NCBI GenBank assembly: GCA_016779945.1
Contig: JADHMR010000004.1
Span: 1 to 58,332, forward strand
Direction: 5' to 3'
DNA: 58,332 nt
Source: Bacteroidia bacterium
Lineage (GTDB): Bacteria > Bacteroidota > Bacteroidia > NS11-12g > UBA9320
In this document: positions 8,638-17,478 of the stretch, piece after piece
Layout of the letters: the number at the start of each line of letters is the position of its first letter
How positions within the stretch are numbered: the stretch's first letter is position 1
Translations under genes and position numbers: made by a program
Notes under the pieces: generated by a model
What the model was told of the DNA's origin: nothing
The model's database searches: none
What the model saw: the letters and a program-made list of their open reading frames with translations, nothing else

Positions 8638-10059
8638 TCAAAGTCGCTGCTTGATTTTTATTTTCAGAGCTGCAAAAATTAAGGTCATAAACGGACTCAC
8701 ATAATTAAATACAGCATAGACAAAAAACTCTCCTACTCCTACACCCAACACACTACTTTGATAAGCACCACAGGTATTCCAAGGCACTAAAACTGAAGTT
8801 ACAGTCCCACTATCTTCAAGAGTTCGACTCAAATTTTCAGGGGCAAGATTCTTCTCTTCAAATGCTTTTGAGAACATTTTACCAGGAACTACTATGGAAA
8901 GATATTGATCACTTGCGGTTAAATTAATGGTCAAACAACTTGCCACTGTACTTGCGAACAAACTAAATATAGAAGAACCAACAGATAGCAAGGCAGCACT
9001 AATTCTCGAAAGTGCTCCGATTGATTCCATTATCCCTCCAAAAACCATAGCACAAATGATTAACCAGATTGTATCTAGCATTCCTTCCATACCTCCCGAA
9101 ACAAATAAATCATTCAAGGAAGGGTGCGATGTGTCAATTGAAACACCAGTCGTAATTGAACTCATAAAATATTTATACATCTCAATTGGAGACAATGAAA
9201 GGTGGATTGATTGAACAAAAGACGCAAAGATTAATCCAAGAATTGTTCCAGCAAAAAGTGCAATTATGGGTGAAACCTTTTTGATAATTAAAACGATTAC
9301 AATCAATGGAACCACGAAAAGCCATGGGCTTATTGTAAAGCTATCTTGTATAGATAACAATAAATGTTGATTATTTAAGAACTCCCCTGTTTCCATGGTG
9401 AAGCTAATCACTGAAAAAACAATCAAGGTAATAATGATACTAGGTATCGTGGTATAAAGCATATACCTAATATGTGAAAATAGATTTGATCCAGCCATAG
9501 CCGCTGCTAAATTTGTAGTATCACTAAGTGGCGATAACTTATCGCCAAAATATGCCCCACTTATTACAGCTCCAGCGACAATACCTGCAGGTATGCCCAT
9601 TGCCTTTCCAATAGCAATTAAAGCTATCCCAATAGTTGCACTGGTAGTCCAAGAACTACCGGTTGCGATGGAGATAATTGCTGATATAATAACCGCTGAA
9701 GGTAAAAACAGAACAGGGTTAATTAATAAAATACCATAGTAAATCATAGCTGGGACTATGCCAGAAATTAACCACGAAGCCGATAAGGACCCGACAAGTA
9801 AAAGTATAAGAATAGCCGAACTTACAGATTTTAAATTTTCACCCACCTGATCAAGCATTGATTTAAATGTTCTATTGTAACTAAAACCAATCATCGAAGC
9901 TATAGCTCCTCCAACAAGAAGTATAAATTGATTACTACCACTAATGGCATCATCACCAAAAACAAAAACATTAAATGCTAATAATACAACCAAACATAGT
10001 AAAGGAAACAATGCTGCAAACAATGAAATTTGATGTTCATCTTTATTGATTGATTTCAT
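8638..10059 (-). CDS. nhaC: Na+/H+ antiporter, NhaC family
   Basis: About 473 aa with 11-12 predicted TM helices and NhaC-like composition. ATG at 10059 is preferred over the TTG at 10068. Confidence 0.75.
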   Translation of the reverse strand: MKSINKDEHQISLFAALFPLLCLVVLLAFNVFVFGDDAISGSNQFILLVGGAIASMIGFSYNRTFKSMLDQVGENLKSVSSAILILLLVGSLSASWLISGIVPAMIYYGILLINPVLFLPSAVIISAIISIATGSSWTTSATIGIALIAIGKAMGIPAGIVAGAVISGAYFGDKLSPLSDTTNLAAAMAGSNLFSHIRYMLYTTIPSIIITLIVFSVISFTMETGEFLNNQHLLLSIQDSFTISPWLFVVPLIVIVLIIKKVSPIIALFAGTILGLIFASFVQSIHLSLSPIEMYKYFMSSITTGVSIDTSHPSLNDLFVSGGMEGMLDTIWLIICAMVFGGIMESIGALSRISAALLSVGSSIFSLFASTVASCLTINLTASDQYLSIVVPGKMFSKAFEEKNLAPENLSRTLEDSGTVTSVLVPWNTCGAYQSSVLGVGVGEFFVYAVFNYVSPFMTLIFAALKIKIKQRL

Positions 10060-10432
10060 ACGTAGCAAAGTAACCTAATTTTATGTATCACGAAACATTT
10101 ATATGGTACTAGATCCATGAAAAAAAATGCTGATTCGTAGTAAAATTGGAATAACAAATTAATTTATCAAAAAAAATGCAAGAAATAAGTGTACTCAATA
10201 TTTTGATTTTCAGCAAGTTACATCTATGTCGTCAATTATATGACTTTTATCATATAAAAAGTTAATCCTGATTATATTTCATCAACTAAAGTGGTGGTAA
10301 CATTGTACTATACAATTAAGGAAAAAGAAATGATTATTATCGAACATCAAGAAAAGTTAAGTAGATAATAGAAAAAAATTGAGTATCTCAGTATTAGTAA
10401 GTTACGTTCAAAATACACTCAATGCTTAGTTT

Positions 10433-10494
10433 AGGGTAGATTGATTTCTAAAAACGCTTAAGATTGTTATTGACCCTCAATCTGCCCTTTTTTT
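10433..10494 (+). terminator. Long hairpin plus T7 run, plus-strand orientation (possible bidirectional terminator)
   Basis: AGGGTAGATTGA (10433-10444) pairs with TCAATCTGCCCT (10477-10488) with one G-U pair, then TTTTTTT. The T run exists only on the plus strand, although both neighbouring genes are on the minus strand. Confidence 0.35.
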
Positions 10495-11477
10495 CACTTA
10501 TCCAAATATAGCACTTCATTTGCGAATTTGCAAGTTTCATTTAAAACTCTCTCCGTATTTTCATTAAATATCCCACAAGCCATTGCATGCACTTTAGCCT
10601 CTTTTATGTTTAGCACGCTCAGTTTTTTGCTTTCAGTACCCAAGTTTTTTGTCATCGCTATTATTTCACTGACCGAAACAACTTTATCTTGATATTCTTC
10701 ATCTTCAAAATAATAGGTCACTAATACTGGTATAGTTATTTTAGAAAACACATCATTATTCATTGTGGACTCCAGTAAATGTTGTAGCTCCAATACAGCC
10801 TCTAGTCGATATTTCGTATGCCAGTAGGGCTTTGCTTCTTCAGGTGCCTCCCAGCTATGATACTTTCCCCCTTTAACTAACCTTGCTATTTCTAGACCCC
10901 ATGGTCCCGTCAATAGAAAAGCCCTTGAATCGTAAACTCTAATGTTGGGAGAATAACATATCAAACTGTGAATTTTATTTTCAGCAGATGCTAAGAATAA
11001 CGCTGCCGTGCTTCCAGTACTTGTACTCATAATAATGACCGAATCACCCATTGCTTGAGCTATACTTAATGCTTCTTTTGCAGATTCTAAATACTTTTTA
11101 CCCGTAAAATTTATCATTGCCTCTTTTTCTCGCAGCCCGTTTTCAGCTAATAATGGTGCATAGGCATTCATCTTATACTGTTTTGCAAATTCACTGTAAA
11201 CAGGATCACCTTCCATTGGACAAGCAGAAAATCCATGAAGGTACAACAATACATAAGTTGTTTTTTTACCTATAGAATCCGCCCAATAAATTTTGGATTG
11301 ATTATCCGGCTTTATAATTGGGTTTTTATTCTTTTCTCTAACCAACGAATCAACCTCTGATAGTTTCACACTCAGAGTATCAATCTCTGGTGAAAAATTT
11401 GATTGAGCCACCTTAGGTCCCAACACATAAAGCAAAACAATACAAGCAATGACTATTAATCCCCTTTTTAATCGCAT
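10494..11477 (-). CDS. Alpha/beta hydrolase (esterase/lipase-like), membrane-anchored or exported
   Basis: LLYLHGFSACPMEG and the nucleophile-elbow-like IIMSTSTGSTAA. N-terminal hydrophobic anchor. ATG 11477 is preferred over the track TTG at 11507. Confidence 0.7.
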   Translation of the reverse strand: MRLKRGLIVIACIVLLYVLGPKVAQSNFSPEIDTLSVKLSEVDSLVREKNKNPIIKPDNQSKIYWADSIGKKTTYVLLYLHGFSACPMEGDPVYSEFAKQYKMNAYAPLLAENGLREKEAMINFTGKKYLESAKEALSIAQAMGDSVIIMSTSTGSTAALFLASAENKIHSLICYSPNIRVYDSRAFLLTGPWGLEIARLVKGGKYHSWEAPEEAKPYWHTKYRLEAVLELQHLLESTMNNDVFSKITIPVLVTYYFEDEEYQDKVVSVSEIIAMTKNLGTESKKLSVLNIKEAKVHAMACGIFNENTERVLNETCKFANEVLYLDK

Positions 11478-11590
11478 CAAAAAATTTTTCGATATTAGCT
11501 TTTTCAACTGGATTTATAATTATTTCTTTATTGAAAAGTAATATTCCTTATTTTCGAGTTTATTTTAAATGATAACAAGCTATCTTAAGC

Positions 11591-14455
11591 ATGACAAATT
11601 CTACTCAAATTAAGGCCATCAAGAAACTACTTTCATTGATAATTCCCTTACTTTTTTCTAATATCTCAAGAGCTCAAAATATCTCTGGTAAAATCACTAA
11701 TTCAAATAAAGAATCACTGATTGGAGCATATATAACAGTCCCAGATATCGATGGGATTGGTGCAATTAGTGACGAAAATGGATCATTCAAACTTAATGTA
11801 AATTCATTTCCTGTGACGCTCAAAGTTGCCTATTTGGGATATGATGATAATTTAGTTGTTGTTAAATCATCAAACCTAAAACTTGCTATCATCATGAAGG
11901 AGGCAAAAGAAAATGTTTTGACTAGTGCTGTGGTTAAAGCCAGCAGAATAACCGAAAAACAAAAAGAGGCTCCTCTTACGGTGGAATCCATTGGTATCAA
12001 AGCCATTAAAGACGCACCCGCTGCATCATTTTATGAGAGTCTTGGCAATCTTAAAGGAGTTGATGTTACTGCTGCTAGTTTAGGATTTAGAGTAGTAAAT
12101 ACTAGGGGTTTTAATAGTACAAGTCCGGTTAGATCCCTCCAATTAATTGATGGAGTTGATAATCAGTCTCCTGGATTAAATTTTAGTTTAGGAAATTTTT
12201 TAGGAGCAAGTGATATTGATATTCAACGCGTTAATGTGATTGCTGGTGCAAGCAGTGCTTTTTATGGTCCAAATGCTTTTAACGGTGTTATAAGTATGGA
12301 GACTAAAAGTCCGTTTTTATTCCCAGGTATTATGGCCGAAATTAAGGTTGGTGAACGACAAATGGGTCAAGTTCAATTTCGAATTGCAGATTACTTCAGC
12401 AACGAAAATGGTGAGCAAAAATTTGGGTATAAGCTTACTGCTAGTTATATGCAGGCCAACGATTGGGAGGCAGAAAACTACCAACCCACTGAAGATTCTG
12501 ATTTTGATGAGACAAACCCTGGTGGATACGACGCTGTTAATCGGTATGGTGATGAAAACTATGATGACCGATTAAATCCTACTGGACATTTAGATTACCC
12601 CGGCTTAGGAGCTTTCTACCGGACGGGATATCGTGAAGTTGATCTAGTAGACTATAGTACTGATAATATAAAATTGAATACCGCTTTATTTTATAAAATC
12701 AACAAAGAAACTGAGTTAGAATACGCATTTAATTTCAGCGGTGGGAGCACTGTTTATCAAGGTGACAACCGATATAAACTAGAGAATATACGTTTTTGGC
12801 AAAACAAAATTGAACTTAGAAATAAAGGCAAATACTTTCTGAGAGCATACTCAACCAATGAGGATGCTGGTGATACTTATGATATTGTTGCAACAGGGTT
12901 TGAACTTAATAATCGAGCGATAGATAATAATCAATGGTTTACTAGTTATGCTAATCGATGGAGACAGCCCTATTCTGCTGGTCATAAGGTAAAAAAATTA
13001 TCTGGATATCCTACTTATTCACCAGCTGTACATGACAATATATTTAATTGGATCGATAATTTTCTAAATCCTTTTTTGGCACAACATCAAGATTCAATTA
13101 ATGCTTGGCATGAAGATATAAGAGCATTAAATGACAAATCTGGTGGGGGTATTTATTCCCCAAGATTTCTTCCGGGAACAGCTGAATTTGATAGTGTATT
13201 TCAAAATATTACTACAAGTTTATTTACAGAAAACGGCACCCGTTTTTTTGATCAGTCTGCTTTGTATCATGCTCAAGGTGAATATATTTTCACCCCAAGT
13301 TTTGGCAAGATTACCGTTGGAGCTAATGGAAGATTATATCGACCTAACTCAAGAGGAACTATTCTTAAAGATACAGGGGATGTAACCATAACAAACTATG
13401 AAGGTGGCGTATATGGTGGTATAGAAAAAAGATGGCTTATGGATCGCGTGATTGCAAATGTTACAACTCGTCTAGACAAGAATCAAAATTTTGATTTCCT
13501 GGTTTCACCTGCAACCTCACTAATCTATAAATATCGTACAAATCATGTCTTTAGAACCTCATTTTCCTCAGCAATTCGAAATCCTACACTTGCTGATCAA
13601 TATTTGTATTACGATGTTGGTAGAGCTCGTCTTCTTGGAAATTTGAAGGGGAAGGATTCACTTATAGATATTCAATCATTTACTGATTATAGTGCTACTA
13701 CTTTACAACCTGATTTATTAAAATACTTTAATGTTGACCCCATTCGTCCTGAGCAAGCCAGAACTATCGAATTTGGGTATAAAGGGAATATCTTGGATCA
13801 ATCGCTGTTTATTGATGCAGGCTATTACTTTACATCCTATACTAACTTCATTGGATACAATATTGGAATCAATGCTGATATTGATCCTTTGACCAACTTC
13901 CCGACAGGAGTCGGCGTATTTCGAGTTGCTGCAAATGCTAAATCTAGGGTCACAACCCAAGGTGTGGCTATCGGACTTAATTATTATTTTAAAAAGTATG
14001 CTTTAGGAGGTAATTACTCATGGAATCAACTGAACAAAAAAGGGACTGATGATCCCATCATTCCAGCTTTCAATACTCCTGAACACAAATTCAATATTAG
14101 TTTTTCAGGCGAAAAATTGAAGCTCCCGTTTATTAACGGAGAGCACTTTGGATTTGGAATGAATTATAAATGGATAGAAGGATTTGTTTTTGAGGGTTCT
14201 CCTCAATTTACTGGGGCTGTTACTACATATGATATGCTTGACATACAAATTAATTATCAAGTGCCATCTATCAAAACAACCTTTAAACTTGGTGCATCCA
14301 ATTTACTTGGTTTAATGCCTTTATTTGATGCAGAAAATGAAAATACACAACGTTCGGTATTTAACAATCTAAACTACCAAGTATATGGTGGACCTTATGT
14401 TGGGAGACTCATTTATTTTTCAGTACAAACGGACTTGAAATTCTCCAAAAATTAA
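11591..14455 (+). CDS. TonB-dependent receptor with N-terminal carboxypeptidase-regulatory-like domain
   Basis: 954 aa. Signal peptide ending SRAQN. CarbopepD_reg-like GKITNSNKESLIGAYITV. Plug region (VESIGIKAIKDAPAASFYESLGNLKGV, RGFNS). C-terminal beta-barrel ending in an aromatic-rich strand. Confidence 0.9.
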   Translation: MTNSTQIKAIKKLLSLIIPLLFSNISRAQNISGKITNSNKESLIGAYITVPDIDGIGAISDENGSFKLNVNSFPVTLKVAYLGYDDNLVVVKSSNLKLAIIMKEAKENVLTSAVVKASRITEKQKEAPLTVESIGIKAIKDAPAASFYESLGNLKGVDVTAASLGFRVVNTRGFNSTSPVRSLQLIDGVDNQSPGLNFSLGNFLGASDIDIQRVNVIAGASSAFYGPNAFNGVISMETKSPFLFPGIMAEIKVGERQMGQVQFRIADYFSNENGEQKFGYKLTASYMQANDWEAENYQPTEDSDFDETNPGGYDAVNRYGDENYDDRLNPTGHLDYPGLGAFYRTGYREVDLVDYSTDNIKLNTALFYKINKETELEYAFNFSGGSTVYQGDNRYKLENIRFWQNKIELRNKGKYFLRAYSTNEDAGDTYDIVATGFELNNRAIDNNQWFTSYANRWRQPYSAGHKVKKLSGYPTYSPAVHDNIFNWIDNFLNPFLAQHQDSINAWHEDIRALNDKSGGGIYSPRFLPGTAEFDSVFQNITTSLFTENGTRFFDQSALYHAQGEYIFTPSFGKITVGANGRLYRPNSRGTILKDTGDVTITNYEGGVYGGIEKRWLMDRVIANVTTRLDKNQNFDFLVSPATSLIYKYRTNHVFRTSFSSAIRNPTLADQYLYYDVGRARLLGNLKGKDSLIDIQSFTDYSATTLQPDLLKYFNVDPIRPEQARTIEFGYKGNILDQSLFIDAGYYFTSYTNFIGYNIGINADIDPLTNFPTGVGVFRVAANAKSRVTTQGVAIGLNYYFKKYALGGNYSWNQLNKKGTDDPIIPAFNTPEHKFNISFSGEKLKLPFINGEHFGFGMNYKWIEGFVFEGSPQFTGAVTTYDMLDIQINYQVPSIKTTFKLGASNLLGLMPLFDAENENTQRSVFNNLNYQVYGGPYVGRLIYFSVQTDLKFSKN

Positions 14456-14502
14456 TAATTATCAATTAAATATATATCTTGCACTTACTAATACTATTAA
14501 AA

Positions 14503-16194
14503 ATGAAAAAACAATACTTAATTTTTACCCTATTATTTTCTTTTTTAGCTACGGCTTCCCTAGCTCAAAAAAGATACATTGATCCCATCTACAGTGATGC
14601 GGATATCGAAGTGACAAGTGATGTTAAATACGCAACGAACATCTCATTTTTGCTTTCAAAAACTTCAAACCAAGCTCAAGTCATTGCAGATCTTACTGCT
14701 ATTAAAACTGCATTAGCAACTGGGCAACCGATTCCTAAAGCCTATTTCGACCCAAGAGATGCCTCTTCAGATATTAAGGTTGAAAATCTTGAAATGGACG
14801 TCTATCGTGCAAAAAGCGATGTAGATTCTAAAACAGACAGGCCAGTTGTAATCTATCTACACACTGGAAACTTTTTACCACCGGTAATTAATGGTTCTCC
14901 TTGTGGTGTCAAAACAGATAGTTCAGCTATAGTTTTATGTACTGAATGGGCCAAAAGAGGATATGTTGCTGTTTCTATGGAATATCGTGGTGGTTGGAAT
15001 CCATTAGCTGGTACAGAAGAAGCACGTAAAGGTCAATTATTAAATGCGGTTTACAGAGCTATTCATGACGTAAAGCAAGGTGTTTCTGTCATACGAACTG
15101 AAGCTGCTGGTTCAAACACGTATGGAATGGATGCAAGTAATATCACTTTGTATGGTGAAGGTACCGGAGGATATGTTGCTTTGGGATATTTAACTCTTGA
15201 TAAATACACCGAAATGGAATTACCCAAGTTTATTAACCCAATATCTAATAAATCATATATTGACACTGCTCAAGTTGGTCTAATTGACGGTTCTAGAGGT
15301 TTGTTAAACCTTTACCAATCACCAAAAACTGATGTAACCGTTCAAGCAGTAGTTAATGCAGGAGGCGCATTGGCCGATACATCTTGGCTGAATGCTGGTG
15401 ATGCTCCAATGATTACCTTCCAAGCAGTTAGAGATCCTTTTGCTCCTTTTAATGAGGGAATTGTTGTTGTTCCAGTTACAAATGGAAATGTTGTAGAAGT
15501 TCAGGGTGGTAACTTATTCATCCAAAAAGCTAACGCAATTGGTAATAATGATGCCATTAAAAATATGCCTGCTGACGATGAATACAACAAAAAAGCAAGA
15601 TCACACTATGGTAATACAATAGACTATATCTACCCTGCTCCTGGAGATAAAATGACTATTAATAATGATGTAGAAGGTTTATTCCCAATTATTAGACCAA
15701 TTACAGATGATTTATACAATAACAGATCTGGACCTTGGCAATGGTGGGATCCAGAATCTCCATATGCTACAGCAGAGGTTAGCCCGGATGATCTTCCAGG
15801 TGTAACTGTTCACATGGCATCATTACCAGGTAACCCAGACATGGGTCCTGAAAAAGGCAGAACATTTATTGATACTATTATGGGCTACATGTGTCCAAGA
15901 ATTGCTGTTATCAATGGTGACTACACCGTTGATCAACTATCTGTCGATGATAAGTTACCAAGTAATGCAGCCAATATTTATCCTAACCCTGCTAAGAATG
16001 AAATCACAATCTCTGTAGACAATCAGTTCAATGTTCAGTCTATTCGATTAATGGATATTACAGGCAGAGAGGTAAAAAACATTACAGCAAACAATATTGT
16101 CCGAATCAATGTTTCTGACCTCCAAACAGGTTATTACATGATTAATATTCAAACATCAGAGGGTCTTATATCTTCTAAGTTGATTAAAGAATAA
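14503..16194 (+). CDS. T9SS-exported alpha/beta-hydrolase-fold protein with replaced catalytic motifs (probable pseudo-esterase)
   Basis: Signal peptide MKKQYLIFTLLFSFLATASLAQ. Esterase-like core (PVVIYLHTGNF, VAVSMEYRGGWNP, ITLYGEGTGGYVAL). C-terminal Por/T9SS sorting domain (IYPNPAKNEITISV...GYYMINIQT). No GxSxG motif anywhere in the protein. Confidence 0.75.
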   Translation: MKKQYLIFTLLFSFLATASLAQKRYIDPIYSDADIEVTSDVKYATNISFLLSKTSNQAQVIADLTAIKTALATGQPIPKAYFDPRDASSDIKVENLEMDVYRAKSDVDSKTDRPVVIYLHTGNFLPPVINGSPCGVKTDSSAIVLCTEWAKRGYVAVSMEYRGGWNPLAGTEEARKGQLLNAVYRAIHDVKQGVSVIRTEAAGSNTYGMDASNITLYGEGTGGYVALGYLTLDKYTEMELPKFINPISNKSYIDTAQVGLIDGSRGLLNLYQSPKTDVTVQAVVNAGGALADTSWLNAGDAPMITFQAVRDPFAPFNEGIVVVPVTNGNVVEVQGGNLFIQKANAIGNNDAIKNMPADDEYNKKARSHYGNTIDYIYPAPGDKMTINNDVEGLFPIIRPITDDLYNNRSGPWQWWDPESPYATAEVSPDDLPGVTVHMASLPGNPDMGPEKGRTFIDTIMGYMCPRIAVINGDYTVDQLSVDDKLPSNAANIYPNPAKNEITISVDNQFNVQSIRLMDITGREVKNITANNIVRINVSDLQTGYYMINIQTSEGLISSKLIKE

Positions 16195-16219
16195 TAAAAT
16201 CCTAATCCTATTAAAAAAC

Positions 16220-16250
16220 AAAGCCCATAATGAGAATTATGGGCTTTTTT
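16220..16250 (+). terminator. Rho-independent terminator after the T9SS hydrolase-like gene
   Basis: GCCCATAAT (16223-16231) pairs with ATTATGGGC (16236-16244) around a GAGA loop, followed by T6. Confidence 0.8.
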
Positions 16251-16302
16251 GTGAACGTAAATTTATATGAACTTCGTTATCACGCTGAAGTTAACGAATT
16301 GA

Positions 16303-16824
16303 TTACACATATTTCTTCATTAATGTTTGAAGTAAATTTATTTTCAAAGACTCGTTATTTCTAAGAAGCACAGTAGATACAAATCCATCGAAATAGGCAA
16401 TAATTAGCTCGGCCTCGCTATTAACATCAGTATACTTTAACTCATTCAAATCTAATTCAAGCATATCTCTTAATGTGAGCATATACTTACTAATTAGTTC
16501 ATTATGCTGCCACCTTATTGAAAAAACTAGCCTCCAATACGGAAATTCTAATTCGTCTATACGAAAAGGCAATTCCATAACTGCTTGAATTCTTTGCTCT
16601 GGTTTCTCAATAGAACGAATAGTAGATATATGAGATTCGAACTTATCATACCAATCATTGATGAGATGATTGAGCAACCCAAATTTATCCTTAAAGTGCC
16701 TAAAAATAAGTCCCTCTGATACATTAGCGTGCTTTGCAATCAAACTTGTAGAAACAGCACTATACCCATTTTCAGAAAATAAAGTTAATGCAGATTCAAG
16801 AATATGTTTTTGTTTATCAGTCAT
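16303..16824 (-). CDS. TetR/AcrR family transcriptional regulator
   Basis: 173 aa. N-terminal HTH ILESALTLFSENGYSAVSTSLIAKHANVSEGLIFRHFKDK. Confidence 0.9.
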   Translation of the reverse strand: MTDKQKHILESALTLFSENGYSAVSTSLIAKHANVSEGLIFRHFKDKFGLLNHLINDWYDKFESHISTIRSIEKPEQRIQAVMELPFRIDELEFPYWRLVFSIRWQHNELISKYMLTLRDMLELDLNELKYTDVNSEAELIIAYFDGFVSTVLLRNNESLKINLLQTLMKKYV

Positions 16825-16843
16825 ATAAGTGAGTAATTGCTTA

Positions 16844-16851
16844 CAAATATA
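16844..16851 (-). promoter_or_regulatory. -7 box TATATTTG upstream of the TetR gene
   Basis: Exact TAnnTTTG on the minus strand, 19 nt from the ATG. Confidence 0.4.
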
Positions 16852-16887
16852 CTAATTAAAAATAATTTTAAACCTAACTATGTTGAG

Positions 16888-16901
16888 TAAGTGATCACTT
16901 A
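16888..16901. promoter_or_regulatory. Perfect 14-bp palindrome TAAGTGATCACTTA (candidate TetR operator)
   Basis: Perfect dyad 64-77 nt upstream of the tetR ATG. A third copy of the half-site TAAGTGA sits at 16826-16832, immediately next to the start codon. Confidence 0.4.
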
Positions 16902-16946
16902 TAGATGTTGATCCCAAATCTTATTTAAGTAATCTTTTCACGAAAA

Positions 16947-17366
16947 TTAACCGAAATACTCTACAAACTGATTTTCAGTTTCATAAAGTTTTATGCAATG
17001 AAGTTGAGCGTTTTCTGGAAGCTGATCTTCCAATTGCTCCCATATCTTGATGGCAATATTCTCAATACTAGGAATCACATCTTTTAAGAAATCAACATCT
17101 AAATTAAAATTTTGGTGATCTAATTTAGATACCACACGCTCCTTAACAATGATTTTTAATTTTTTCAAATCCATAACGAATCCTGTATCTGGACTTGGCA
17201 AACCTTTAACCGTTACATACAAATCGAAGTTATGACCATGCCAATTTTTATTTGCACAGCGACCAAATACTTCCTCATTTTTTTCTTCTGACCAAGAGGG
17301 ATTATACAGTTTGTGTGCACCATTGAAGTGCATTTTGCGTGTTACATAAACTTGTTTACCTGACAT
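16947..17366 (-). CDS. queD: 6-carboxy-5,6,7,8-tetrahydropterin synthase / 6-pyruvoyl-tetrahydropterin synthase family
   Basis: 139 aa. Zn/catalytic pattern CANKNWHGHNFDL and typical PTPS length. Confidence 0.85.
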   Translation of the reverse strand: MSGKQVYVTRKMHFNGAHKLYNPSWSEEKNEEVFGRCANKNWHGHNFDLYVTVKGLPSPDTGFVMDLKKLKIIVKERVVSKLDHQNFNLDVDFLKDVIPSIENIAIKIWEQLEDQLPENAQLHCIKLYETENQFVEYFG

Positions 17367-17383
17367 CGATGTATTTATGACTG

Positions 17384-17391
17384 CAAATTTA
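17384..17391 (-). promoter_or_regulatory. -7 box TAAATTTG upstream of queD
   Basis: Exact TAnnTTTG on the minus strand (TAAATTTGCAGT), 17 nt from the ATG. Confidence 0.4.
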
Positions 17392-17478
17392 ATGTTAAGT
17401 TTAAGTCCAAACTAACTATGGCCAAAGAAATCCAGAAACACCTCTAAGATTTTAACAATTAAACTTAAATTCGTACGT

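Noticed and set aside
10237-10256. Hairpin TATATGA-N6-TCATATA.
   Set aside because: The stem is all A/T. The flanking T run precedes rather than follows it on the minus strand, and an A run follows it on the plus strand, so it does not look like a terminator in either orientation.
10176-10262. 28-codon plus-strand ORF (MQEISVLNILIFSKLHLCRQLYDFYHIKS) in the large intergenic gap.
   Set aside because: It has no promoter box and no conservation evidence, and such short ORFs arise by chance in A/T-rich spacers. It is mentioned only within the intergenic-gap finding.
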